Below, piece after piece: positions 7,737 to 16,519 of a stretch of DNA of 29,051 nucleotides; position 1 is the first letter of the stretch, and each line of letters begins with the position of its first letter. A program made the translations under genes and the position numbers. Below the pieces are notes generated by a model. It saw only the letters and a program-made list of their open reading frames with translations, was not told the origin of the DNA and searched no databases. Origin of the DNA: Candidatus Eiseniibacteriota bacterium (GTDB taxonomy: Bacteria; ARS69); the NCBI GenBank assembly GCA_052390515.1, contig JBQTGV010000083.1, forward strand, positions 1 to 29,051, read 5' to 3'.

Positions 7737-8495
7737 ATGGGGCACAGAGTCATGTCCACACGGCTGATGCGGATTGCGGGTCTCGCACTGACCATCATGC
7801 TGGTGGGCGTACCGCCCATCATGGCGCAGACCAAGTCCAGCGTGCTGCCGTCGGGTGGCGGCGCGGCGCTCCTGGATCCCTCGGATGTCGTCTTCCTGCT
7901 GCTCGACCATCAGTCGGGCCTGTTCCAGACGGTGAAGGACGTCCCCGTGGCGGAGCTTCGCGCAAACACGACGATGCTCGCCAAGCTCGCTACGCTGCTG
8001 AAGATCCCGGTCATCACGACCGCCTCGGAGCCCAACGGCCCCAACGGCCCACTCATGCCGGAGATCCATCAGTATGCGCCGCACGCCCAGTTCGTTCCGC
8101 GCAAGGGCGAGGTCAACGCGTGGGACAACGACGACTTCGTGAAGGCCGTGCGGGCGACCGGCAGGAAGACGTTGATCATGGCGGGCGTGTGGACCAGCGT
8201 GTGCGTGATGTTCCCCGCCCTGGACGCCGAGGCAGCCGGCTTCAACGTGTACGCCGTGATGGACGCGTCCGGCGACCCGAGCGAGATGGCCTCGAGGACG
8301 ACGCTCGCTCGCTTCGCACAGGGAGGCGTCGTCCCCACCACGACCAACGCGGTGCTTTGCGAGATCCATCGTACGTGGGCACGACCGGAAGCCGCCGAAC
8401 TGGCGAAGCTGTACGTGTTGACGGCACCCAACTACGGCGCCGTGATCGAGAGCTACCAGAAGGCGCTCGATGTCGGCAAGGGCACCAAGAAGTAG
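7737..8495 (+). CDS. YcaC-like isochorismatase-family cysteine hydrolase with signal peptide
   Basis: LLDHQSGLFQTV, TASEPNGPNGPL, GEVNAWDN, AGVWTSVCVMFP. AAGGAG RBS before 7737; start may be 7752. Confidence 0.9.
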   Translation: MGHRVMSTRLMRIAGLALTIMLVGVPPIMAQTKSSVLPSGGGAALLDPSDVVFLLLDHQSGLFQTVKDVPVAELRANTTMLAKLATLLKIPVITTASEPNGPNGPLMPEIHQYAPHAQFVPRKGEVNAWDNDDFVKAVRATGRKTLIMAGVWTSVCVMFPALDAEAAGFNVYAVMDASGDPSEMASRTTLARFAQGGVVPTTTNAVLCEIHRTWARPEAAELAKLYVLTAPNYGAVIESYQKALDVGKGTKK

Positions 8496-8503
8496 GTCGG
8501 CTC

Positions 8504-10243
8504 ATGACACGAGCACTGGCGCTGATCCTGGGCACGCTCGCGGCGGGGAGTGCCTTCGCCGCCGATCTGATCCTGTACAACGGGAGGATCGCCACGGTGG
8601 ATGCCTCGGGAACCATCGTGCCGGCACTGGCGATCGACGGCGCACGCGTCACCGCCGTCGGACTCGATGCCGACGTGCTGAAGCTGCGCACCCAAGCGAC
8701 TCGCGTGATCGATCTCGAAGGACGCACGGTGATTCCCGGACTCATCGATTCACATACCCACGTCATCCGTGGCGGGCTCAACTACAATCTCGAGCTTCGG
8801 TGGGAAGACGTTCGCTCCGTTGGAGAGGGACTCGCGCTCATCCGCATGCAGGCGGCGCGAACGCCGAAGGGGCAATGGGTGCGTATCGTGGGCGGCTTCT
8901 GCGAGATGCAGTTCGAGGAGCGGCGACTGCCCACGCTCGACGAGCTCAACGAGGTGGCGCCGGACACTCCGGTCTTCATTCTTCACTTGTACGATCGCGC
9001 GTTGCTCAACCGGGCGGCGATCGCGGCGGTCGGATACGGCGCCAGCACGCCGGAGCCGACAGGGGGAAGGATCGAACGTGACGCGAGCGGTGCGCCGACG
9101 GGCCTCCTGCTGGCGCAGCCCAACGCGTCGATTCTCTACCACACGCTCGCCCGGGGTCCGAAGCTCTCCGTGCCGGAGCAGGTGAACTCGACGCTGCAGT
9201 TCATGCGCGAACTCAATCGTCTGGGTGTGACGAGCATCGTCGACGCTGGGGGAGGCTTCCAGAACTACCCGGAGGACTACGCCGTCGTCGAGCAGATCCA
9301 CGACCAGGGGCTGATGACGGTTCGGGTCGCGTACAACCTGTTCCCACAGGCGGCGAAGCGGGAGCTGGAGGACTTTCGCCGCTGGGCAGCAATCGTGAAG
9401 CCGGGCCAGGGTGACGACTTCTATCGCTTCAACGGAGCGGGCGAGATGCTGGTGTACTCGGCGGCCGACTTCGAGGACTTTCGCGAGCCGCGGCCGGACT
9501 TGCCCCCGACCATGGAGCCGGAGCTCCGCGACGTTGTGTCGTTTCTGGTCCAGAATCGGTGGCCGTTCCGTCTGCACGCAACCTACGGCGAGTCCATCAC
9601 CCGCTTCCTCGACGTCATGGAGTCCGTCGACCGGGAGACGCCGTTCGGCGGATTGCGGTGGTACTTCGACCACGCGGAGACGATTGCCGACGCCGACATC
9701 GAACGAGTGAAGCGCCTCGGCGGCGGAATCGCCGTGCAGCACCGGATCGCGTACCAGGGCGAGTACTTCCAGGAGCGATACGGCAAGGCAGCGGCGTCGC
9801 ACGCGCCCCCGCTGCGTAGACTGATCGCGGCGGGCGTTCCCGTGGCCGCCGGCACCGACGCGACGCGCGTCTCCGGGTTCAATCCGTGGCTCTCGCTGTC
9901 GTGGCTAGTAACCGGTAACACGGTCGGAGGCACTCCACTGTACGGCGACGACAACCGCCTGACTCGCGAAGAGGCGCTGGGTCTGTGGACGTCCGCCGCG
10001 GCATGGTTCTCATCCGAGGAGGGAAAGAAGGGCTCGCTCGTACCGGGCCAACTCGCCGACCTCGCGGTACTGAGCGACGACTACTTCACGGTGCCCGAGC
10101 ATCGCATCAGAGACATCCGCTCGGTGCTCACCATCGTCGGCGGCAAGGCGGTCTACGGCGAAGGCGAATACGCAGAGTCGGTGGCGAACGCGGTGCCGGT
10201 CGATCCGAGTTGGTCGCCGGTGGCCTTGCAGCGCAAGGAATAG
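8504..10243 (+). CDS. Amidohydrolase-3 (YtcJ-like) metallohydrolase with signal peptide
   Basis: MTRALALILGTLAAGSAFA signal, ADLILYNGRI, PGLIDSHTH, LHATY, DHAET, GTDATR, KGSLVPGQLADLAVL. Confidence 0.92.
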   Translation: MTRALALILGTLAAGSAFAADLILYNGRIATVDASGTIVPALAIDGARVTAVGLDADVLKLRTQATRVIDLEGRTVIPGLIDSHTHVIRGGLNYNLELRWEDVRSVGEGLALIRMQAARTPKGQWVRIVGGFCEMQFEERRLPTLDELNEVAPDTPVFILHLYDRALLNRAAIAAVGYGASTPEPTGGRIERDASGAPTGLLLAQPNASILYHTLARGPKLSVPEQVNSTLQFMRELNRLGVTSIVDAGGGFQNYPEDYAVVEQIHDQGLMTVRVAYNLFPQAAKRELEDFRRWAAIVKPGQGDDFYRFNGAGEMLVYSAADFEDFREPRPDLPPTMEPELRDVVSFLVQNRWPFRLHATYGESITRFLDVMESVDRETPFGGLRWYFDHAETIADADIERVKRLGGGIAVQHRIAYQGEYFQERYGKAAASHAPPLRRLIAAGVPVAAGTDATRVSGFNPWLSLSWLVTGNTVGGTPLYGDDNRLTREEALGLWTSAAAWFSSEEGKKGSLVPGQLADLAVLSDDYFTVPEHRIRDIRSVLTIVGGKAVYGEGEYAESVANAVPVDPSWSPVALQRKE

Positions 10244-10250
10244 GAGTGGC

Positions 10251-11568
10251 ATGATACACGCCCCACTGAGCCTGGTTGTGGCGGTGTCCCAGATCTGGCG
10301 ATCGCCGGTGGCGGGTTTTCCGATGATTCGTTACGAGCTCGATGCCGTGCAAAGAGGTGCGATGCCACCGGGCTTCAGCGTCTCGGTCGGCGGCGAGATT
10401 CGAGAGCGTTACGAGTACACTCACAACCCGCTGTTCGGCGCCGACCCGCAAGACGAGAACGGGGTATGGTTGCAGCGCCTCGCCGGGTTTTCGGACCTGC
10501 ACTGGGGACGGGGCGTCAGGCTGTTCATCGAGTTGCACAGCGCGATACAGGATGGACGCGCGGCGGAACCCGCACGCCTGGACGAAGACCAGCTCGAGTT
10601 CCAGAATCTGCTGGTGGAGGGTTGGTTCGAACGCGACGACGGCGATGAGCTCACGCTACGCGTCGGCCGACAAGAGATGCAGCTGGGCTCGGCCCGTCTG
10701 GTTGCGGTGCGCGACGGTCCCAACGTACGGTACACGTTCGACGGCGGACGCGTCGTGATGGGAGAGGGGGGGTGGTCGCTCAGCGCCCTGGCCGTGCGAC
10801 CGCGCAAGAACGAGGACGGCGTGTTCGACGATTCGACCGACGATTCGAGGGCGCTGTGGGGCGTGTACGCCACTCGTGCCGGGCGCGGCACCAGCGCCGA
10901 CATGTACTACCTCGGCTACCACAACGCCCACGCGACCTTCGACCAGGGCACCGACTCGGAGCAGCGCCACACCATCGGCGCCCGCGTGTTCGGTTCGAGC
11001 GGCGGCTGGTCTTGGAACTGGGAGCCGATGATCCAGTTTGGCAGTTTCGGCGAGGGGGATATTCTAGCGTGGACGATGGCGAGCGTGAGCGGACACACGT
11101 GGTCCGAGACAAGGTGGACGCCCACGGTCGAACTGGGCGGGGATATCGCGAGCGGCGATCGCGATCCCCGACGCGCCCGAACTTGAGACGTTCAACCCGA
11201 TGTTTCCACGCGGCAACTACTTTTCGCAGGATGCTTCGTTGGGACCGCTGAACTTCTACGATGCGCACGTATTCCTCACCGCACACCCGCACCCCATGTG
11301 GGAGCTGACCGCTGACGCCATGTGGTTCTGGAGGCTGTCGACACGCGACGGCGTGTATCGTCCGACCGGCCGCCTGATGCGCTCGGGCCTCGGAAGTGAC
11401 CGACGTTTCGTTGCAACGAGCGCGGAGCTGGCAGCGGAGTGGACGCTCGATCGCAACTGGAGCGGCACCATCATCTACTCGCACTTGCGTCCGGAGGACT
11501 TCCTGAAGGAGACGGGCCCGTCGGAGACGATCCAGTTCTTCGAGGTCACGGTGAGGTGGAGGTTCTGA
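10251..11568 (+). pseudogene. Alginate-export (AlgE-like) outer-membrane beta-barrel, +1 frameshift at CCCC 11166-11169
   Basis: GGEIRERYE, RVGRQEMQLGSARLVAVRDGPNVR, ASGDRDP. Removing one C gives DPDAPELETFNPMFPRGNYF, joining the two ORFs; ends in Phe (VRWRF). Confidence 0.85.
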
Positions 11569-11625
11569 CCAAGACCGGTCGTTGCGTGTTCAAGACCCAG
11601 GAGAGGCAAGCTGGAGGGACTTCGC

Positions 11626-11987
11626 GTGAGTTCGGAAGCGTTGGAAGACTGCGGGAAGCTCCTGCTGCGCGTGCTGGTGGCTGGCCTCATGCTGTTCCAC
11701 GGCGTCGACAAGCTCGTGCATGGTCCGGGCCACGTCGCGCAGGATCTCGTCGATCACGCCCTAGCCCCCGCGATGGCCTACGGCGTGTACCTCGGTGAGG
11801 TCCTGGCTCCGCTCCTGATGATCGCCGGAGTCTTGACGCGGATGTCCGCCGTCGTGTACTCGGGCAGCATGGCCTTCGCGACGCCGCTAGTGCACTCCGG
11901 CGACTCTACATCGTGGCGCCGCTGGCGGTTGCGCTCCTCGGGCCCGGTCGTTACGCTGTTCGCCGCTGCCGGTTCCCGTGGGACTGA
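11626..11987 (+). pseudogene. DoxX-family membrane protein with an internal frameshifting deletion
   Basis: GKLLLRVLVAGLMLFHGVDKL..GEVLAPLLMIAGVLTR..LVHSGD. After about 11904 the DoxX end LYIVAPLAVALLGPGRYAV..PWD-stop (TGA 11985-11987) lies in another frame. Confidence 0.8.
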
Positions 11988-12075
11988 GGCGCCACGGCCA
12001 CCGAGTGCGGTACCACCCAGGCCGGAAGTGCCGGCTGGAGCTGTGATCGACAGCATTCATCGGAGGGAGGCGCGA

Positions 12076-13452
12076 ATGCTCCGAACCTCGCCATCAGCTC
12101 TTCGTGCCTTCGTTGCTGGTCTCGCGGGTGCTGGCGTGATGCTGCTGGCGACAGGATCCACTACCCTTGCCGGACCAAGCGGCTCCGCCTTCTCGGAGAA
12201 GTCCGCCGAGGTCAATGGCGTTCGGCTCCATTACCGGATTGGCGGAACGGGTAGCCCGGTCGTCCTTCTTCACGGGTACGCGCAGACGGGTCACATGTGG
12301 CACTCCCTGATGCCCTTGCTCGCTGACCGGCACACGGTGATCGTTCCCGACCTTCGAGGCGCGGGCGCGTCGTCCAAGCCGGAATCCGGCTACGACAAGA
12401 AGACCATGGCCGTTGATGTACACGGCTTGACGAGATCGCTGGGTTTCGAACGCGTGAGCATCGTGGGCCACGATATCGGCCTCATGGTCGCGTACGCGTA
12501 CGCGGCCCAATTCCCTCGAGACACGGATCGAGTGATTCTGATGGACGCGTTCCTGCCCGGCATCGGGAGCTGGGAGGACGTGTGGCTGTTGCGTGACCTC
12601 TGGCACTTCCACTTCTACGGCGAAGTGCCTCTCGCTCTGGTCAAGGGTCGCGAACGGACCTACTTCGAGCACTTTTGGAACGACTTTGCGGCGGATCCGA
12701 AGCACTCCGTCCCGGAGGCCGACAGGCAGCTGTACGCCGGGGCTTATGCGCAACCCGGCGGCATGCGCGCCGGCTTCGAGTATTTTCGTACCTTCGAGCA
12801 GGACGCGCGGGACTTCGCTCAGTTGAGCGCGGATCGACTGGCCATGCCCATGCTGGTTCTCACCGGGGAGAAGGCGTCAGGTCAGTTCCTGATCGACCAA
12901 GCTCGCATGGTCGCAACGAACGTGAAGGGCGTCGTGATCAAGGGCTCCGGCCATTGGCTCGTCGACGAGGCGTTCGATCAGGTCGCCCCCCAGATCGTAG
13001 AGTTCCTGGATGATGCCGGCTCTCTCCGGCGCCTGGATCCCGCTGAGATCCAAGCGCTCGCGCCTGTGGCGGGGGCGGTAGGAACCTCGGGGCTCTCCGA
13101 AATCGAAACCCGCGTGCTGAGCGGGGACCCGACCGAACCCGGGCCGTACACGATCCAGCTCGAAGTGCCGGCGAATACTCGGATCGAGGCTCACGATCAC
13201 CCCGACGATCGATTCGCCACCGTGGTGTCGGGAACGTGGTACATCGGCTACGGTTCCCGGTTCGACGAGACCCAGCTCGAGGCACTGGCGCCGGGAAGCT
13301 TCTACACGGAGCCGCCGAACAGCCCGCACTTCGCGCGCACAGGAAGCTCCCCCGCCGTCGTGAGGATCTCCGGCTTCGGACCGTCCGGAACGCACTACGT
13401 CGAAGACGGTGGAGCGGCCAGCGCCGATCGGAAGGGAGAAGGACCCCGGTAG
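12076..13452 (+). CDS. Exported alpha/beta hydrolase (epoxide hydrolase/dehalogenase type) fused to a C-terminal cupin
   Basis: GGAGG RBS, signal-like N-terminus, LLHGYAQT, PDLRGAG, VGHDIG (Asp nucleophile), SGHW, then AHDHPDDRFATVVSGTWYIG..EPPNSPHFA (cupin). Confidence 0.88.
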   Translation: MLRTSPSALRAFVAGLAGAGVMLLATGSTTLAGPSGSAFSEKSAEVNGVRLHYRIGGTGSPVVLLHGYAQTGHMWHSLMPLLADRHTVIVPDLRGAGASSKPESGYDKKTMAVDVHGLTRSLGFERVSIVGHDIGLMVAYAYAAQFPRDTDRVILMDAFLPGIGSWEDVWLLRDLWHFHFYGEVPLALVKGRERTYFEHFWNDFAADPKHSVPEADRQLYAGAYAQPGGMRAGFEYFRTFEQDARDFAQLSADRLAMPMLVLTGEKASGQFLIDQARMVATNVKGVVIKGSGHWLVDEAFDQVAPQIVEFLDDAGSLRRLDPAEIQALAPVAGAVGTSGLSEIETRVLSGDPTEPGPYTIQLEVPANTRIEAHDHPDDRFATVVSGTWYIGYGSRFDETQLEALAPGSFYTEPPNSPHFARTGSSPAVVRISGFGPSGTHYVEDGGAASADRKGEGPR

Positions 13453-13487
13453 CCATCGACGTGGACGGCTTCCGGCGGATGGCCCAT

Positions 13488-14186
13488 TCACGCCAGGTCG
13501 AACGTCAAGACCTCGGCCGGCTCTCGGCCGACGAAGTGCAGGCTCTCCTCACCGCTCACCGCCGCCCCGTCACCCTCGCGCAGCTCCGCTCCGTTCACGG
13601 ACAACACCCCGCGAGCCATGTGGAGCCACGCGTCGCGGCCCGGGCGCAGCAGGTAAGTCCGGCTCTCACCGGGGCCGATCAGCGCCATCGACAGGTCGAC
13701 ATCCTGGTGCAGTCGGAGGCTACCCTCGCGCCCGTCCCGCGAAGCGAGCAGCACGAACGACCGGCGGGCCGCGTCAGGCTGCAAGGACCGCTGATCGTAC
13801 GCCGGCGGCAAGCCGAGGGTGTCCGGCAGGATCCAGATCTGCAGGAAGTGCAGGGGTTCGTCCTTCGAGTGGTTGTACTCGCTGTGGGTGATGCCCGTGC
13901 CGGCCCGCATGAGCTGGATCTTCCCGGCGTGGATCACGCCCCCTCCGCCGGAACTGTCCTTGTGCTCCAGCGCTCCTTCGAGGACGTAGGAGAGGATCTC
14001 CATGTCCCGGTGGCCGTGAGCTCCGAATCCCGCGCCGGGCTGCACCCGGTCGTCGTTGATGACGCGCAGCGACTTGAAACCCATATGCGCCGGATCGCGG
14101 TAGCTTCCGAACGAGAACGTGTGCCGGCTGTCGAGCCACCCCCAGTCGGTGTGCCCTCGCTCTGCGGCGGGTCGGGTGACGATCAC
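13488..14186 (-). CDS. Pirin-family (YhhW-like) bicupin
   Basis: GTG start with GGAGG RBS. RGHTDWGWLDSRHTFSFG, LRVINDD, FGAHGHRDMEI, AGTGITHSEYN, LQIWI. Confidence 0.93.
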   Translation of the reverse strand: MIVTRPAAERGHTDWGWLDSRHTFSFGSYRDPAHMGFKSLRVINDDRVQPGAGFGAHGHRDMEILSYVLEGALEHKDSSGGGGVIHAGKIQLMRAGTGITHSEYNHSKDEPLHFLQIWILPDTLGLPPAYDQRSLQPDAARRSFVLLASRDGREGSLRLHQDVDLSMALIGPGESRTYLLRPGRDAWLHMARGVLSVNGAELREGDGAAVSGEESLHFVGREPAEVLTFDLA

Positions 14187-14412
14187 GTCGGCCTCCGGAC
14201 GGGTGTCGGTTCGCTCATCGTTGCCCGGCGTTCCACTCGGTGCCGCGGTTGATGGTCCCGTCGCGACCAGATTACCGGAGAACGCCGCCGCGGAGCCAGT
14301 CGCTCGGGGACGTGCTCCCCGAACTGCTCCCACCTGGACGTCCAGTTGGTCCACTCCAGGGGTTCGTCGTGCGCGGCACGTACGAGGGACGACGACATCG
14401 CGGAGGTGCACC

Positions 14413-15067
14413 ATCAGGCGGTTCGTTGCGTTCGCGCTGGCGGCCCCGCTCATCGCGACCGCGTCCTGGGCCATCGCCCTCGGGCAGTCAGACGACTTCG
14501 AGGACGGCACCACGATGGGCTGGACGGAGGGTCCCGTCAGCCCGAACCTGCCCACGAACGTTCCCACGGGCGGCCCGGAGGGAGCCGAGGACAGTCACCT
14601 CGAGAACGTCTCCTCCGGCGCGAACTTCGCCGGAGGCGCCATGGTGATGTTCAACCGGGCGCAGTGGGCGGGAGACTACGTCGCGGCCGGAGTCACCGGC
14701 GTCGAGGCGGAGATGGCGAACTTCGGCGCAGATTCGTTGTTCATGCGCATCGCGATCCAGGGAGCGTCGAGCCACTACGGATCCACGCTGTCGGTCCCTT
14801 TGCCGCCGGGCGGAGGCTGGCAGACGGTCTCTTTCTATCTCACGTCTGCGGGCATGAGCCTCATCGCCGGTCCGGCGTCGCTGAGTCAGGCTCTCGCGAA
14901 CGTCACCGACCTGCGCATCCTCTCCGCGAAGGCGGCACCCGCGTGGGCGGGGAACCGAGTCGCCGCCAAGCTCGGGCGTGGACGACATCACGACCCTGTC
15001 TGATCCGCTGCCCGTCCGGGACGCGGTGGAGGCCGCGAGCTGGGGAGTGGTCAAGGGCCGCTACTGA
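14413..15067 (+). pseudogene. Secreted beta-rich protein with SWGxxKxxY tail; ATC where the start is expected and +1 frameshift at GGG 14974-14976
   Basis: GGAGG-6nt-ATC, then RRFVAFALAAPLIATASWA signal and GQSDDFEDGTTMGW. Removing one G gives KLGVDDITTLSDPLPVRDAVEAASWGVVKGRY-stop. Confidence 0.72.
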
Positions 15068-15349
15068 CCGATCATGCCTCCGAGGTTCGGATGCGGGCCA
15101 GTCCCCAGCGGCCTGGTCGACACCTACAGAGAAGAGCCCGATCCTCCTGCAACGAAAGCCGTTGACCCACGCCGGCCGCGAGAGCGACGATGGAGAGCTG
15201 ACAGTCACCTAATCTGTCGCCCGGGAGGGTCCGTGAAGACCTCCTCGCGGGTAGCCCGCTCACCCGCCGAGCCCAGGGGGCGCGGGGAATGGCGCCTCGC
15301 GGGGGCCCAGGGGGACGGCGACGTGAACTTCATCCAGACGGAGGATGTC

Positions 15350-16012
15350 ATGCGATCGAGGAGTGTACTGCTCTTCGCCCTGCTCGCGACGTCACTGCTC
15401 GCCCCGGCGTGCGGTGACGACGACGACAGCGGCACCAACCCGAACCCCAACCCCAACACGCTCGTGTTCGTGGGCACGGTGAACGGCGACAACGGCTCGC
15501 TCAGCGCGTCGATCAGCTTGACCGTGACGGGGACGACCGTCACGGGGACGCTCGAAGTCGTGGCGCCGGCGGCCGCGACGCACGCGCTCACCGGTACCTA
15601 CGACACGACCAGCCGGGCGCTCGCCGCGGCCGGCGGCGGCTACAACTTCGCCGGCGTGTTCGACGGCGGCGATCGGCTGGAAGGATTGATGTCTGGCGCC
15701 GCGTCGGGCACGTTCGTCACGGCGAAGGACGACAACAACGCCGCGCTCGCCTTCTGCGGCACGTTCACGGGCACCGACGACGGCGTGTTCAACTTCACGA
15801 TCGACGGCAGCACGCTGAGCGGCAGCGCCACGACGACCAGCGGAACGCTGATCGCCCTCGACGGTACCGTGTCGAGCAACTCGATCGTGATCGTCATGCC
15901 ATCGGGCAGCGGGACGCTCGCGACGGGAACCCGGAGCGGCGCGAACGTCAGCGGGACGTGGGACGACGGGGTGGGTGGCAGCGGCACGTGGACGGGAGCG
16001 CAGTGTAACTAG
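15350..16012 (+). CDS. Lipoprotein, Gly/Thr-rich, two beta-barrel-like repeats
   Basis: GGAGG RBS, MRSRSVLLFALLATSLLAPA-C lipoprotein signal, DDDD/NPNPNPN linker. Confidence 0.8.
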   Translation: MRSRSVLLFALLATSLLAPACGDDDDSGTNPNPNPNTLVFVGTVNGDNGSLSASISLTVTGTTVTGTLEVVAPAAATHALTGTYDTTSRALAAAGGGYNFAGVFDGGDRLEGLMSGAASGTFVTAKDDNNAALAFCGTFTGTDDGVFNFTIDGSTLSGSATTTSGTLIALDGTVSSNSIVIVMPSGSGTLATGTRSGANVSGTWDDGVGGSGTWTGAQCN

Positions 16013-16026
16013 CGGCGACGACCTGA

Positions 16027-16054
16027 CGGGGGCCGCGCCGTCTGGCGGCCCCCG
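16027..16054. terminator. GC-rich hairpin between convergent genes
   Basis: Perfect 10-bp stem CGGGGGCCGC / GCGGCCCCCG, 8-nt loop, no U-tract. Confidence 0.55.
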
Positions 16055-16067
16055 CTCCCCACGACGC

Positions 16068-16331
16068 CTACTCCTTCGGCTTCGCTGAGCCCCCGATCTT
16101 CCCGAACAGCTTCGAGCCGGCGATGGCCACGAGTCCCCAGAGACACATCACGAACCCGGCGCCGACGCCATAGGTGAGGAACGCCGCGTGCGCCGTGCCG
16201 GCGTTGAAGCTCGTGAGAATCGCGGGGGGGACGGTCTGTTTGAAGAGCCCGAAGAACACGTTGCCCATGAGGAGCCCGAGCGCGAGGCTCGCGAGGAGCA
16301 GCGTGACCAGACCGGGAAGATGGCGTTTCAT
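16068..16331 (-). CDS. Small two-TM membrane protein (87 aa)
   Basis: GGAGG RBS, two long hydrophobic segments, basic C-terminus. Confidence 0.7.
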   Translation of the reverse strand: MKRHLPGLVTLLLASLALGLLMGNVFFGLFKQTVPPAILTSFNAGTAHAAFLTYGVGAGFVMCLWGLVAIAGSKLFGKIGGSAKPKE

Positions 16332-16519
16332 AAGGGGCCTCCATCGTCGATGGCTCAGCGGCAGGAACGCATGCGGTCGCCGGCCGCTGGCGTCCGAGTC
16401 GGTGGGAGAGTAAGCGAGGTCCCCCGAACGGCCAAGGGCAGTGCCCGGCGGTGCTGATCGAACCGATCCGAAGCACGTGGGACGCCACTGGCTTCACGCC
16501 GCGACGTCTCCTGGTCCCC

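Noticed and set aside
8120-8503. N-terminal extension giving a 707-aa amidohydrolase
   Set aside because: It overlaps the YcaC-like gene in another frame; the signal peptide starts at 8504.
10251-11568. Alginate biosynthesis locus
   Set aside because: No alg synthesis genes are present; only the barrel family name matches.
11626-13452. 608-aa DoxX-hydrolase-cupin triple fusion in the ORF track
   Set aside because: It arises from the frameshifting deletion in DoxX. The true DoxX end and stop (11987) are in another frame, and the hydrolase has its own RBS and ATG at 12076.
14187-14567. Extended 359-aa pirin
   Set aside because: Pirin homology and the GGAGG RBS begin at GTG 14186; the extension overlaps a divergent gene.
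15068-15349. Riboswitch in the long GC-rich leader of the lipoprotein
   Set aside because: I could not match conserved cores of c-di-GMP, c-di-AMP or other riboswitches; an Rfam/Infernal scan would be needed.
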